From Meiothermus sp. (GTDB lineage: Bacteria > Deinococcota > Deinococci > Deinococcales > Thermaceae), in contig JANRLD010000082.1 in the NCBI GenBank assembly GCA_033762915.1, positions 1 through 24,678 on the forward strand: a stretch of 24,678 nt of DNA, given 5' to 3'. The notes below the pieces were generated by a model, which ran no database searches, was not told the origin of the DNA, and was given only the letters and a program-made list of their open reading frames with translations. Of this stretch, positions 15,174 to 24,678 are shown one piece after another. Made by a program: the position numbers and the translations under genes. Every line of letters starts with the position of its first letter. Position 1 is the stretch's first letter.

Positions 15174-16739
15174 ATGTGGCGTGTGCTGGCAACCGATGAG
15201 ATGGTGTTGGGCGAGGTGAAAGACCCGAATGTGCGGCTGGAGTACAAGCCGGGCATGAAGCGCGAGGACATCCTGGCCGTGATTGGCCAGTACGACGCGC
15301 TGATCACCCGCAGCCGGACACAGGTGGACGAGGCGCTTCTGGAGGCAGGCAAGAACCTCAAGGTGGTGGGGCGCGGCGGCGTGGGGGTGGACAACGTTGA
15401 CATCGAGGCCGCCAGCCGCCGGGGGATTCTGGTGCTGAACGTGCCCGAGGCCAACACCCGCTCGGCGGCCGAACTGGCCTGGGGCCTGCTGCTGGCGGTG
15501 GCGCGGGGCATCCCCGAGTCGGACAAGAAGATTCGCGACGGCAAGTGGGACCGGAAGTATCTGGGCCTCGAGCTCGACCGCAAGACCATCGGGATCGTGG
15601 GGATCGGACGCATCGGCGGGCAGGTGGCCAAGTTCGCCAAGGGCTTCGACATGCGGGTCCTGGCCTACGACCCCTACGTGCCCAAGAGCCGGGCCCAGAC
15701 GCTGGGGGTCGAGCTCTTCGACGACCTGGCCGACATGCTGCGCCAGTGCCACTTCCTGACCGTCCACACCCCCCTTACCGAGGAGACCAAGGGCATCATC
15801 GGGCGGCGCGAGCTCTACCTGCTGCCCAAGGGCGCCGTGGTGGTGAACGCCGCGCGGGGCGGCATCGTCGACGAGAAGGCGCTTCTGGAGGTGCTGGAGG
15901 AGCATCACCTGTGGGGCGCGGGGATTGACGTGTTCACCGACGAGCCCCCCAACGCCGAACACCCGCTGATCCACCACCCCAGGGTGATCCATACCGCCCA
16001 CCTGGGGGCCAACACCTTAGAGGCCCAGGAGCGGGTGGGCGAGGCGGTGGTGGACCGGGTGGTCGAAACCCTCAACGGCAACCTGGCCCACGCCCTCAAC
16101 ACCGGCTTTAACGCCGAGGCCCTCGAGGCCTTCTCGGCCTGGCTGCCCCTCGGCGAGGCACTGGGCAAGCTGTTGGCCCAGATCACCCACGGGCGGCCCC
16201 AGACCGTCGAGGTGTCCTACTACGGCGAGTTCGAGAAGAACCCCGATCCCATCGCCTCGGCGGTGGCCAAGGGGATGCTCAACCACTTCCTCGAGGAGGG
16301 CGCGACCAATCTGGTCTCGTCCCGCCCCCTGCTGCGCGACCGGGGCATGAGCCTGATCACCCGGCAAATCGAGAAGCCGCTGGACTACCGCCAAGTGATC
16401 GAAGTCAGCCTCGAGACCGACCGCGAGACCCGCAAGGTGCGCGGCGCGGTGCTGGGCGGCAAACCGCGCATCGTGGGGATTGACCAGAGCACCGTCGAGG
16501 CGGTGCCCAGCGGCTTTATGTTGGTCTGCATCAACCGCGACCAGCCGGGGGTGGTGGGTAAAGTCGGCACGCTCTTGGGCGAAAACAAGGTCAACATCGC
16601 CGGGATGCAGCTGGGCCGCGACAACCCTGGCGGCAAAGCCCTCTTCGTACTAGCGGTAGACGAGCGCCCGGCTGAAAGTGTGCTCGAGGCCATGCGAGGG
16701 CTGGATGTGCTCGAGCGGGTAGATTTGGCAGGGTTGTAG
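15174..16739 (+). CDS. serA: D-3-phosphoglycerate dehydrogenase (long type with C-terminal regulatory domains)
   Basis: GRGGVGVDNVD, GIVGIGRIG, VNAARGGIVDE, HLGANTLEAQ, ACT domain NRDQPGVVGKVG...NIAGMQLGR. ATG 15174 chosen to match the Thermus-type MWR start. Confidence 0.95.
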   Translation: MWRVLATDEMVLGEVKDPNVRLEYKPGMKREDILAVIGQYDALITRSRTQVDEALLEAGKNLKVVGRGGVGVDNVDIEAASRRGILVLNVPEANTRSAAELAWGLLLAVARGIPESDKKIRDGKWDRKYLGLELDRKTIGIVGIGRIGGQVAKFAKGFDMRVLAYDPYVPKSRAQTLGVELFDDLADMLRQCHFLTVHTPLTEETKGIIGRRELYLLPKGAVVVNAARGGIVDEKALLEVLEEHHLWGAGIDVFTDEPPNAEHPLIHHPRVIHTAHLGANTLEAQERVGEAVVDRVVETLNGNLAHALNTGFNAEALEAFSAWLPLGEALGKLLAQITHGRPQTVEVSYYGEFEKNPDPIASAVAKGMLNHFLEEGATNLVSSRPLLRDRGMSLITRQIEKPLDYRQVIEVSLETDRETRKVRGAVLGGKPRIVGIDQSTVEAVPSGFMLVCINRDQPGVVGKVGTLLGENKVNIAGMQLGRDNPGGKALFVLAVDERPAESVLEAMRGLDVLERVDLAGL

Positions 16740-16757
16740 GTTCGAAACACCCATCAG

Positions 16758-17431
16758 CTACAACCAAGGGAAACCCCTCGGGTCGGCTTTGGCTCGAGCC
16801 ATCACCGTATCGTTATCGTGGCCCCGAATATGGTGCAAAAAGGGGAATTCCTTGGGCTGGAACGAGACTTTTGACAGTGGGCGGACAGGCTCGAGACTGG
16901 CCCAATGTGGGTCATGAACAGTCCAAGGCCCAAGCGTGTACGGTGGCTGCACTGTAAAACTTGCTTTCGGCAGCACGTAGATAGTTCCCTGAACAAACGG
17001 GTTTAGAGCCAGTACGCTCTGGGTGATGGAAAAGAAGTAGCGCGGCTCCGAAAGTCTACCGCCTTCCAACTCGAAGCGTAGACAGCCGTTCAGAATCCGC
17101 ATCGCTTACGATCCAAGAGTGCGTAGAACATCGGCCAAATCCCATCCGAAGCTGCAAAAACTGCCGTCTGCTGGCTAAAGGCATCGTCATCCTTGGCATT
17201 GGGTTCTCGAGGCTCGAATTCCTTAATGTTAGGGTTCACCCAGCCGTGCATCAACAAGCTCTTTTCCTCGCACAACCAGTCGAGAAACACCCATTTGGGA
17301 ACTTCTAACCCATCTACCCAGCCTCCTCGAGCGGGCGCTATATGGGTTTGGTAAACAGCCTCGAGATGCCCCAAGTGGGACGGCTCGAGCTTGAATTCAG
17401 GCCGCCGCAGCCAGTATTCGGGAATGTCCAT
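16758..17431 (-). pseudogene. Frameshifted hypothetical protein gene, lower GC
   Basis: ORFs 17431-17090 (MDIPEYWL...ALLDRKR) and 17102-16758 (MRILNG...GFPWL) overlap in different frames and read as one protein. Leaderless TAAACT promoter upstream. Confidence 0.65.
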
Positions 17432-17439
17432 AGGTTCCA

Positions 17440-17468
17440 AGTTTACGCCAGACAAACCACGCTACAAT
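17440..17468. promoter_or_regulatory. Back-to-back leaderless -10 promoters
   Basis: TAAACT (minus, 17445-17440) 8 nt before ATG 17431. TACAAT (plus, 17463-17468) 6 nt before GTG 17475. Confidence 0.65.
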
Positions 17469-17474
17469 GTGCCT

Positions 17475-18914
17475 GTGAACCTCAACTTCGGCAAACAGCC
17501 GCTCACTGTCAAGCCCAAACTCGAGTACGCCGAGCCTGCGAAATCGGCCCTCGAGCTTCAGACCCGCCTGGGCAAGGAGAAGGTTCTGCTGGACATGGCC
17601 CAGCGGCGCAACTACTCCTATGACGGCATCGCGGTGGGGGTGACGCCTGCGGCGGTGGTGCTGCCGGAGTCCACGGCGGACGTGGTGGAGACTGTGCGGT
17701 TTGCCAACGCGGTGGGGCTGCCGATTGTAGCGCGGGGGGCCGCCAGCGGCCTCTCGGGCGGCGCAGTACCTATTCAAGAGTCCATCGTGCTCTCCTTCAC
17801 CCGCATGACCCAGCTCTCCATAGACCCCGAGGGCCGCAGCGCTACCGTGCAGCCAGGGGTGGTCACGCTCAAAATCTCTGAGGTGGCCAAGCCGCACGGA
17901 CTGGTGTACCCGCCCGACCCGGCCTCCTTCCGCACCAGCACCATCGGGGGCAATCTGGCCGAGAACGCGGGCGGGCCGATGTGCTTCAAGCGCGGCGTGA
18001 CCGGCGATTACGTGACCGAACTCGAGTTCGTGGACTACGCGGGCAAGGTGCATCGTGTAAAGCGCGACGCCTACGACGCGGTGGGGCTGCTGATCGGCTC
18101 CGAGGGCACGCTGGGTCTGATTACCCAGGCCAAACTGCGCCTCGAACCAATTCCCCGCTTCACCCGCACCCTGATGGCGATCTTTCCCGAAGTGGGCGCA
18201 GCTGCCGAGGCCGTTTCCGATGCCATCGCGGCGGGGGCGGTGCCGAGCAAGCTCGAGTTTGCCGACAACGGCTGCATCAACGCGGTGGAGAACTACATCA
18301 AAATGGGCCTGCCCCGCGAGGCAGGCGCGATCCTGCTGGTGGACACCGACGGCGACGACCCGGTGGTGGTCGAGGAGGAGCTGGGCTGGGTGGCCGAGGC
18401 CTGCCGCGCCCACGGGGCAACGGTGAAAATCGCTGCCGACGCCGCCGAGGCCGACGCGCTGTGGAAAGCCCGGCGCTCCATCTCTCCGGCCATCGGCCGG
18501 ATCAAGCCCAAGCGTATGAACGAAGACATCGCGGTGCCGCGGTCTAAGCTGCCCCAGGTGGTACGCGAGATCGAGGCGCTGGGCAAGCAGTACGGCATCG
18601 CCCTGGTGCAGTTCGGCCACATCGGCGACGGCAACCTGCACCCCAACATGCTCTTCGACCCCGCCGTGGACTCCGAGGACCGGGTCTGGGAGCTGGCCCA
18701 CGAGGTGGCGCGGGTGGCGCTGCGCCACGGCGGGGTACTCTCCGGCGAGCACGGCATCGGGATCATGAAGCGCGACTTCATGGCCGAGGCGGTGGACGCC
18801 GAGACGCTGGGCGTGCTGCGCCTGGTCAAGGCCGCCTTCGACCCCCAAAACCGCCTGAACCCCGGCAAGGTGCTGCCGCCGGAGGGGGCGGAAGGCTCGA
18901 GCGGTCATCCATAA
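17475..18914 (+). CDS. FAD-linked 2-hydroxyacid oxidase/dehydrogenase, GlcD type (start moved to GTG 17475)
   Basis: [18 protein letters not shown]...[53 protein letters not shown]. Confidence 0.92.
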   Translation: MNLNFGKQPLTVKPKLEYAEPAKSALELQTRLGKEKVLLDMAQRRNYSYDGIAVGVTPAAVVLPESTADVVETVRFANAVGLPIVARGAASGLSGGAVPIQESIVLSFTRMTQLSIDPEGRSATVQPGVVTLKISEVAKPHGLVYPPDPASFRTSTIGGNLAENAGGPMCFKRGVTGDYVTELEFVDYAGKVHRVKRDAYDAVGLLIGSEGTLGLITQAKLRLEPIPRFTRTLMAIFPEVGAAAEAVSDAIAAGAVPSKLEFADNGCINAVENYIKMGLPREAGAILLVDTDGDDPVVVEEELGWVAEACRAHGATVKIAADAAEADALWKARRSISPAIGRIKPKRMNEDIAVPRSKLPQVVREIEALGKQYGIALVQFGHIGDGNLHPNMLFDPAVDSEDRVWELAHEVARVALRHGGVLSGEHGIGIMKRDFMAEAVDAETLGVLRLVKAAFDPQNRLNPGKVLPPEGAEGSSGHP

Positions 18915-18988
18915 GCAAGACTCCGCGCTGGAACGATGATTCGAATGGCAATCATGGCGTCATTCATACAGAATCTACGAGGTAAGAC

Positions 18989-19377
18989 ATGAGGAAAATC
19001 CTGGCCGCACTGGTGGTATTTTTATCGGCAGTTTTTGCTCAGACGCTCGATCTGGTCAAACTCGAGGACAGCTCGAAGATTTTCGTAGGTGCACTCAACG
19101 GCGCTATTGGTGACACACCGAACGCTATGGCGTATCTGCCTGGATATGGCCTCAACATCTCGTACCAGGCCTTCGAAGACAGATCTCAAGAGGTGCTACC
19201 TAAAGTTCGACTGGTGGTGCAGTTCGTGGGTGCGACAGTTGGCGGGCTTCCTACTGGGGAGTGGATCAGGTGGCCTACAGCACAACCGAAAGCCTGAAGC
19301 AGGGCTTCGTTTTACGCTTCAGCGTCGGCCAGCTTGGCGTTTTCGAGCTATACATAAACGGTATAAAACAGCCGTGA
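18989..19377 (+). pseudogene. Secreted hypothetical protein with a single frameshift, lower GC
   Basis: Signal peptide MRKILAALVVFLSAVFA. After ...GEWI the frame starting at 19270 gives VAYSTTESLKQGFVLRFSVGQLGVFELYINGIKQP*, consistent with a 1-nt deletion near 19269. Confidence 0.55.
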
Positions 19378-19550
19378 GATCCTTACCTGACACAAAAAAC
19401 AGACTGTAGATCAGTCGCCTCTCGGGCTGAGTTACTCAACAGGGTACACCGCAGTGTAGGGCAGCACCGGCTGACCGAGCTCTCACATTAACCCCAGTTA
19501 AGTCATCCCCTTCACCAAATTCTGCACATTCCGCCGCTATACTTAAAATA

Positions 19551-21305
19551 ATGAAGCGCGTTCTCCTGATTTCCATCGGCGCATTGACCGGTCTCCTGAT
19601 GGGCTGGGTGGTGTTTGAGCGATACCAACAAACCCGAATTTTCTCTGGCGTGGTGGCGGCAGGGGTGCCGGTGGGCGGGCTGACCCTGGACGCAGCCACG
19701 GCCAAGATCGCCGAGACCGCCAAGGCCCTCACCCCGCCCAGCCTCACCCTCAAGGCAGGCGACCAGTCCCTCAGCGCCCAGCCCGCCGAGCTGGGCTGGC
19801 AGGCCGACCCTGCGGCCACGGCCGAGCGGGCCTTCGCGGTGGGGCGGCGCGGCTGGGGCGAGCGGATCGCTGCGCTGCGCGGTCAGGTGGAAATCCCCCT
19901 GGTAGCCAAAGTGGACGAGGCGGCCCTGAGGAACCGGCTAACCGCGATTGCCAGGGGCCTCGAGCGGGCCCCGGTAGAGGCCAAGATCGCCCTACAAAAC
20001 GGCAAGTTCGCGGTCTCGCCGGACAAAAACGGCTTGGCCCTGGACATCCAGAGCGCCATCGAGGTCTACCGGGCCAACCCCGCCGCCTCTGAACTCGAGT
20101 TCTTCCCCAAACAGATCAGCGCCAGCGTGACGGCGGCCTCCTTGCAGCCGGTCGCCGACCGGGCCAACAGCCTACTGCGCCCCTTCACCCTGGTCTACAC
20201 CCAGCCCAAGCTGCCGGGCGGCGGTAAGACCCTCACCCGCACCCTCTCCCCCGCCGAGATCGCGGGTCTGCTGGTGCTGGGCAAGACCGACGTGACGCTA
20301 GACGAGCAGGCGGTGAGCCGCCTGGTGGCCCGCCTGGCCCGCGCCAACGACCGCCAGCCGGTCGACGCCCGCTACGTGGTCAGCGCCAGCGGGCTGGACG
20401 TGCGGCCCGAGGTTCAGGGCTGGCGGCTGAACCAACCCCAGACCCGCAAACTCCTGATGGACGAACTGCTGAAGGCCGACCTGACCCTGGCCAGACTGCC
20501 GGTCTTCCCCAAGACCGCTCAAATCACCGTGGCCGACCTGCCCAAGGTCGACACCATGCAGCTCATCGCCGAGGCCACCACCTACTACGGCGGCTCGGCC
20601 TGGGAGCGCGTCAGAAACGTTCACGCCGCCGCCAAGAACCTCGACGGCTACATCGTCCCGGCGGGCGGGGAGTTTAATTTCAACGACGCCATCGGCACCA
20701 TCAGCCCGGAGAACGGCTTCCAGGAGGCCCTGGTGATCTCCGGCGGACGCACCGTCAAGGGCATCGGGGGCGGGGTCTGCCAAACCTCCACTACCGCCTT
20801 CCGCGCCCTCTATCAGGCCGGTCTGCCCATCGTGGAGCGCAACCAGCACGCCTACCGGGTGCGCTGGTACGACCCCATCGTGGGCTACGACGCGGCGGTG
20901 TACCAGCCCTACCTCAACCTGCGGGCCACCAACGACACCCCCGGCCCCCTGCTGGTTCGCACCGACTTCACCAACTCCACCCTCACCGTCCGCCTCTACG
21001 GCATCCCCGACGGGCGGCGCGTAACCGTCAGCCGCCCCACCATCCTCTCGGTCACCCCGCACCCGCCCGCACAGTACATCTTCGACACCAGCCTACGACC
21101 CGGCCAGACCAAGCAGGTCGACTGGGCCGTCAACGGCTACCGTACCCGCATCACCCGCACCATCGTCAGTGCCTCGGGCCAAACCAGGGTGGAGTACCTC
21201 AACTCCAACTTCCGCCCCTGGCGCTCGGTCTTCCAGGTGGGACCAAACGCCCCCACCCAGGCCCGCCAGAGCCAGCCTCGAGGCGTAGAGGTGGTCTCGA
21301 GGTAG
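19551..21305 (+). CDS. VanW/YoaR family protein with N-terminal TM, putative peptidoglycan-binding region and G5-like C-terminus
   Basis: RVRNV...FNFNDAIG...GIGGGVCQTSTTAFRA...IVERNQH...GYDAAVY. Leaderless TATACT at 19538-19543. Confidence 0.9.
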   Translation: MKRVLLISIGALTGLLMGWVVFERYQQTRIFSGVVAAGVPVGGLTLDAATAKIAETAKALTPPSLTLKAGDQSLSAQPAELGWQADPAATAERAFAVGRRGWGERIAALRGQVEIPLVAKVDEAALRNRLTAIARGLERAPVEAKIALQNGKFAVSPDKNGLALDIQSAIEVYRANPAASELEFFPKQISASVTAASLQPVADRANSLLRPFTLVYTQPKLPGGGKTLTRTLSPAEIAGLLVLGKTDVTLDEQAVSRLVARLARANDRQPVDARYVVSASGLDVRPEVQGWRLNQPQTRKLLMDELLKADLTLARLPVFPKTAQITVADLPKVDTMQLIAEATTYYGGSAWERVRNVHAAAKNLDGYIVPAGGEFNFNDAIGTISPENGFQEALVISGGRTVKGIGGGVCQTSTTAFRALYQAGLPIVERNQHAYRVRWYDPIVGYDAAVYQPYLNLRATNDTPGPLLVRTDFTNSTLTVRLYGIPDGRRVTVSRPTILSVTPHPPAQYIFDTSLRPGQTKQVDWAVNGYRTRITRTIVSASGQTRVEYLNSNFRPWRSVFQVGPNAPTQARQSQPRGVEVVSR

Positions 21306-21340
21306 CGAGGTAGAGGGCAAAAAGCGGCAAAATCCACCCC

Positions 21341-21364
21341 ATAGGGACGCACGGCCGTGCGTCC
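21341..21364. repeat. REP-like palindrome
   Basis: ATAG head followed by the perfect 20-bp palindrome GGACGCACGG|CCGTGCGTCC. Confidence 0.5.
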
Positions 21365-21400
21365 GCCCCCAAGATAAATATCTGAACTCGCTTCCGTCGC

Positions 21401-21432
21401 ACTTGCCCCTGGAGCTCAGGGGCAAGTTTCTT
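21401..21432 (+). terminator. Intrinsic terminator after the VanW-family gene
   Basis: ACTTGCCCCTG/CAGGGGCAAGT 11-bp stem followed by TTCTT. Confidence 0.7.
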
Positions 21433-21481
21433 CTATCCCGAGCTGACCCCAGCGAACCCTGCCGCCCTATAATCGGAGGCC

Positions 21482-22267
21482 ATGAAGACCGTTCTGGCCT
21501 GCGCGGCCCGCCTCGAGCACGATTTCGAACGCTTCCGACAGCTCCACCCTGGCTTGCTCGAGCTGTACTCCGAAATCCACCTGGCCTGCCGGGCCGAAAC
21601 CCTGTGGGAGCACACCGCCGCCTTCCGCGCCCTGCGCCGCGTCCACGTCACCGTCGCCGCGCCGGGTCAGCGCAACTGGCGGTTCCTGACCGTGCAGAAG
21701 GCCCTCGAGTTTCCCTGCGACCTCGTCCACTACGCCGACTTTGACCACCTGCTGCGCTGGTCGCTGAACAGCCCTGCCGAGCTGGCCGCGACCCTCGAGC
21801 AGTTCCGCCGGGCCGACTGCACCCTGGTCGGGCGCAGCCCGGCCTCGATGGCGCGCTATGCCAGGGCCATTACCGAGACTGAGGCCGTGGTCAACCAGGT
21901 GCTCTCGCACCTGCTGGGTCACCCGACCGACGTGTGCAGCGGGACTCGAGGCTTCAGCCGCCGCGCAGCGGAACATCTGGTGGCCCATAGCCGCCCCGAG
22001 AACGACCCCCTTGGCACCGACGCCGAGTGGCCGGTGCTGCTGCACGCGGCGGGCTTCGCGGTGCGCACGGTCTGGGTGGACGGGCTGTCCTGGCTGCTGC
22101 CCACCCACCAGGGAACGGGGGACGACGAGGCCAGCCAGCGGCAGCGCGAAGCCTACGACCAAGACCCCACCCACTGGGCTTTCCGGGTGCAGGTGGCCCG
22201 GCGGATCGTGGGCTCCGGCCTCGAGGCATTTAAGTGGGCAGCGGACCCGGCTCGAGCCGAACCCTAA
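21482..22267 (+). CDS. Hypothetical protein, possible GT-A (GT2-like) fold
   Basis: TATAAT and GGAGG upstream. VHYADFD (DxD-like), LVGR, TDVCSGTRGFSRRAA and GTDAEW resemble GT2-type motifs. Confidence 0.6.
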   Translation: MKTVLACAARLEHDFERFRQLHPGLLELYSEIHLACRAETLWEHTAAFRALRRVHVTVAAPGQRNWRFLTVQKALEFPCDLVHYADFDHLLRWSLNSPAELAATLEQFRRADCTLVGRSPASMARYARAITETEAVVNQVLSHLLGHPTDVCSGTRGFSRRAAEHLVAHSRPENDPLGTDAEWPVLLHAAGFAVRTVWVDGLSWLLPTHQGTGDDEASQRQREAYDQDPTHWAFRVQVARRIVGSGLEAFKWAADPARAEP

Positions 22268-22502
22268 ATCCTCGAACAGGGCGCGGGCAGGGCGGGTTTT
22301 GCGCGTTTGTGACGCGAAAGTATACAAACCCATGACCTATGCGCTACACTATGAAGGTTGCGTCCGGGCCGTAGCCCGGCCCAATCCCCCTCGAAATCAG
22401 GACATTTACGCCTCGGGGAGCCCGGTTTGAAGGTCAGGTGTGGTTTGACAGTGGTCGAACGGGACGTGTGAGCGGCAGACCTGGAGCGTACAGCGGAGAC
22501 TT

Positions 22503-24290
22503 ATGGAACTCAGAAACATCGCCATCATCGCCCACGTAGACCACGGCAAGACCACCCTGGTGGACGCCATGCTTAAGCAGGCCAAGGCCCTCAGCCGCCA
22601 CGACGAGGGCGGCGAGCGGATCATGGACTCCAACGACCTCGAGCGCGAGCGCGGGATCACCATCCTGGCCAAGAATACCGCCGTGGTCTGGAGCGACATC
22701 AAGATCAACATCGTGGACACCCCCGGCCACGCCGACTTCGGCGGAGAGGTCGAGCGGGCCTTGAGCATGGTTGACGGGGTGCTTCTGCTGGTTGACGCCG
22801 CCGAAGGCCCGATGCCCCAGACCCGCTTCGTGCTCAAGAAGGCCATCGAGGCCGGGCTCAAGCCCATCGTGATCATCAACAAGGTGGACAAGAAAGACGC
22901 CCGGCCCGACGAGGTACTCAACGAGACCTTCGACCTGATGGCCGAGCTGGGCGCGTCCGACGAGCAGCTCGACTTCCCCTACCTCTACGCGGTCGGGCGC
23001 GAGGGCACCGCCTGGCTGGGCGAGACCCCCAAGGCCGACCTGCAAGACCTCTTCCAGACCATCCTGAAGCACATCCCCGCCCCCCGGGTCGAGGAGGGCA
23101 GCTTCCAGTTGCGGGTCGCCAACCTGGACTACTCCAATTTCTTGGGCAAGATCGCGCTGGGCAAGGTGCACCGGGGCAAGGCCAAGAAGGGCGAGACGAT
23201 TGCGATTGTGGGCGCGGAGGAGACCCGGCCCATGAAGATCGTGGCGGCCTTCACCCACCAGGGTTTGCAGCGCCTCGAGGTCGACGAGGTTCAGACCGGC
23301 GACATCGTGGCGATTGCGGGCATGGAGGGCGTGGAGATTGGCGACACGCTGGCCTCACGGGAGACCCCCGAGGCCCTGCCGCGCCTGGCGGTGGACGAGC
23401 CCACCATCTCCATCACCGTCACCCCCAACACCTCGCCCTTCGCGGGCCGCGACGGCAAGTTCGTGACCAGCCGCCAGATCCGCGAACGGCTGATGCACGA
23501 GCTCGAGACCAACGTGGCCCTGCGCGTCATCGAGGTGGCCGCCGATGCCTTCGAGCTGCACGGACGCGGCGAGCTGCACCTGAGCGTGCTCCTCGAGACC
23601 ATGCGCCGCGAGGGCTTCGAGTTCAGCGTGGGCCAGCCCAGCGTGCTGACCAAGGTCGAGGACGGCAACATCCTCGAGCCCTACGAGTACCTGGTCTGCG
23701 ACGTGCCCGAGTCCAAGTTCGGCCCCGTGATGGAGGTACTGGGCAGCCGCAAGGGCCAGATGGTACACATGGAGCAGGAGAGCGGGCGCATCCGCGCCGA
23801 GTTCACCGTGCCCGCTCGAGCCCTCTTCGGCTTCCGCACCATGTTCCTCACCCTTACCGGCGGCGAGGGCGTGATGAGCCACAACTTCTACAACTACGGC
23901 CCCCACCAGGGCACTCTAGAGACCCGCACCACCGGCTCGGCGGTGGCGATGGAGGCCGGGGTGGCCTACGCCTACAGCCTCTTCCGCCTCCAGGAGCGCA
24001 TCGACTTCTTCATCGACCCCGGCACCGAGGTCTACGTGGGCATGATCGTGGGCGAGAACAGCCGCGACAACGACCTTAACGTCAACGTCAACATCAACAA
24101 GAAGCTCACCAACGTCCGGGCCGCCGGCTCGGACGAGAACATCCGGCTGATCCCGCCCCGCAAGTTCACTTTAGAGGAGTCGCTGGAGTTCCTCGCACCC
24201 GACGAGCTGCTCGAGGTCACCCCCAAGAGCCTCCGCCTCCGCAAGCGCGTCCTCGACCCGACGCAGCGCAAGCGGGCCGAGACGGTTTAA
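22503..24290 (+). CDS. typA: Translational GTPase TypA/BipA
   Basis: RNIAIIAHVDHGKTTLVD, MDSNDLERERGITILAKN, DTPGHADFGGEVER, GRGELHL, KKLTNVRAAGSDE, ELLEVTP. Confidence 0.97.
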   Translation: MELRNIAIIAHVDHGKTTLVDAMLKQAKALSRHDEGGERIMDSNDLERERGITILAKNTAVVWSDIKINIVDTPGHADFGGEVERALSMVDGVLLLVDAAEGPMPQTRFVLKKAIEAGLKPIVIINKVDKKDARPDEVLNETFDLMAELGASDEQLDFPYLYAVGREGTAWLGETPKADLQDLFQTILKHIPAPRVEEGSFQLRVANLDYSNFLGKIALGKVHRGKAKKGETIAIVGAEETRPMKIVAAFTHQGLQRLEVDEVQTGDIVAIAGMEGVEIGDTLASRETPEALPRLAVDEPTISITVTPNTSPFAGRDGKFVTSRQIRERLMHELETNVALRVIEVAADAFELHGRGELHLSVLLETMRREGFEFSVGQPSVLTKVEDGNILEPYEYLVCDVPESKFGPVMEVLGSRKGQMVHMEQESGRIRAEFTVPARALFGFRTMFLTLTGGEGVMSHNFYNYGPHQGTLETRTTGSAVAMEAGVAYAYSLFRLQERIDFFIDPGTEVYVGMIVGENSRDNDLNVNVNINKKLTNVRAAGSDENIRLIPPRKFTLEESLEFLAPDELLEVTPKSLRLRKRVLDPTQRKRAETV

Positions 24291-24324
24291 GGTTTTGATT
24301 GAAGCGTAAAATTCATCGGTTAAG

Positions 24325-24350
24325 GGCGGCCCGCAACATGTCGGGCCGCC
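24325..24350 (+). terminator. Hairpin downstream of typA
   Basis: GGCGGCCCG/CGGGCCGCC stem followed by an AT-rich tail. Confidence 0.55.
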
Positions 24351-24360
24351 GATATATTTC

Positions 24361-24426
24361 CGTAGGGCGGGCTTGTCTCGAGCCTTCTGGGCAGGCTCGA
24401 GACACCGACGGCACAACCCTCCTACG
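24361..24426. repeat. REP-like element
   Basis: CGTAGG...CCTACG ends enclosing the inverted repeat TGTCTCGAGCCT/AGGCTCGAGACA. Confidence 0.55.
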
Positions 24427-24478
24427 TCCCTCGAACTGACACCGGATAGTCATTGGGCGCTGTTGATAGACTTTTGGC

Positions 24479-24678
<200 letters not shown>

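Noticed and set aside
19551..21305. VanW as a vancomycin resistance locus
   Set aside because: Stand-alone VanW/YoaR proteins are widespread, and no vanHAX or vanRS genes are present.

Overview
High-GC chromosomal contig from Deinococcota, most likely Meiothermus/Calidithermus-like Thermaceae. This rests on Thermus-like Fba, SerA and HflX, many leaderless TAnnnT promoters and a strong excess of CTCGAG. The contig starts inside an IS3-family element and ends in a lipoprotein gene running into a probably artefactual poly-C tract. Most of it is housekeeping: YvlD-like membrane protein, TetR plus cytochrome P450, recN, long hflX, DeoR regulator, fba, two degV, serA, GlcD-type oxidase, VanW-family protein and typA. 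Two lower-GC accessory genes are frameshifted. The least explained region is 4.5-10.9 kb. It holds a two-gene operon (880-aa membrane-anchored repeat coiled-coil with tandem C-terminal HhH domains; 324-aa membrane-anchored Ig-like protein) and three non-coding stretches that fold by eye into multi-helix RNAs and share short motifs (about 4544-4760, 6641-6732, 10530-10820). I cannot assign these to a known RNA family. Also notable: an hflX leader with a possible MRLR uORF and anti-SD hairpin, an RDRM-like palindrome over the recN promoter, and dispersed GTAG...CTAC REP-like repeats. All folds and counts were done by eye, not computed.
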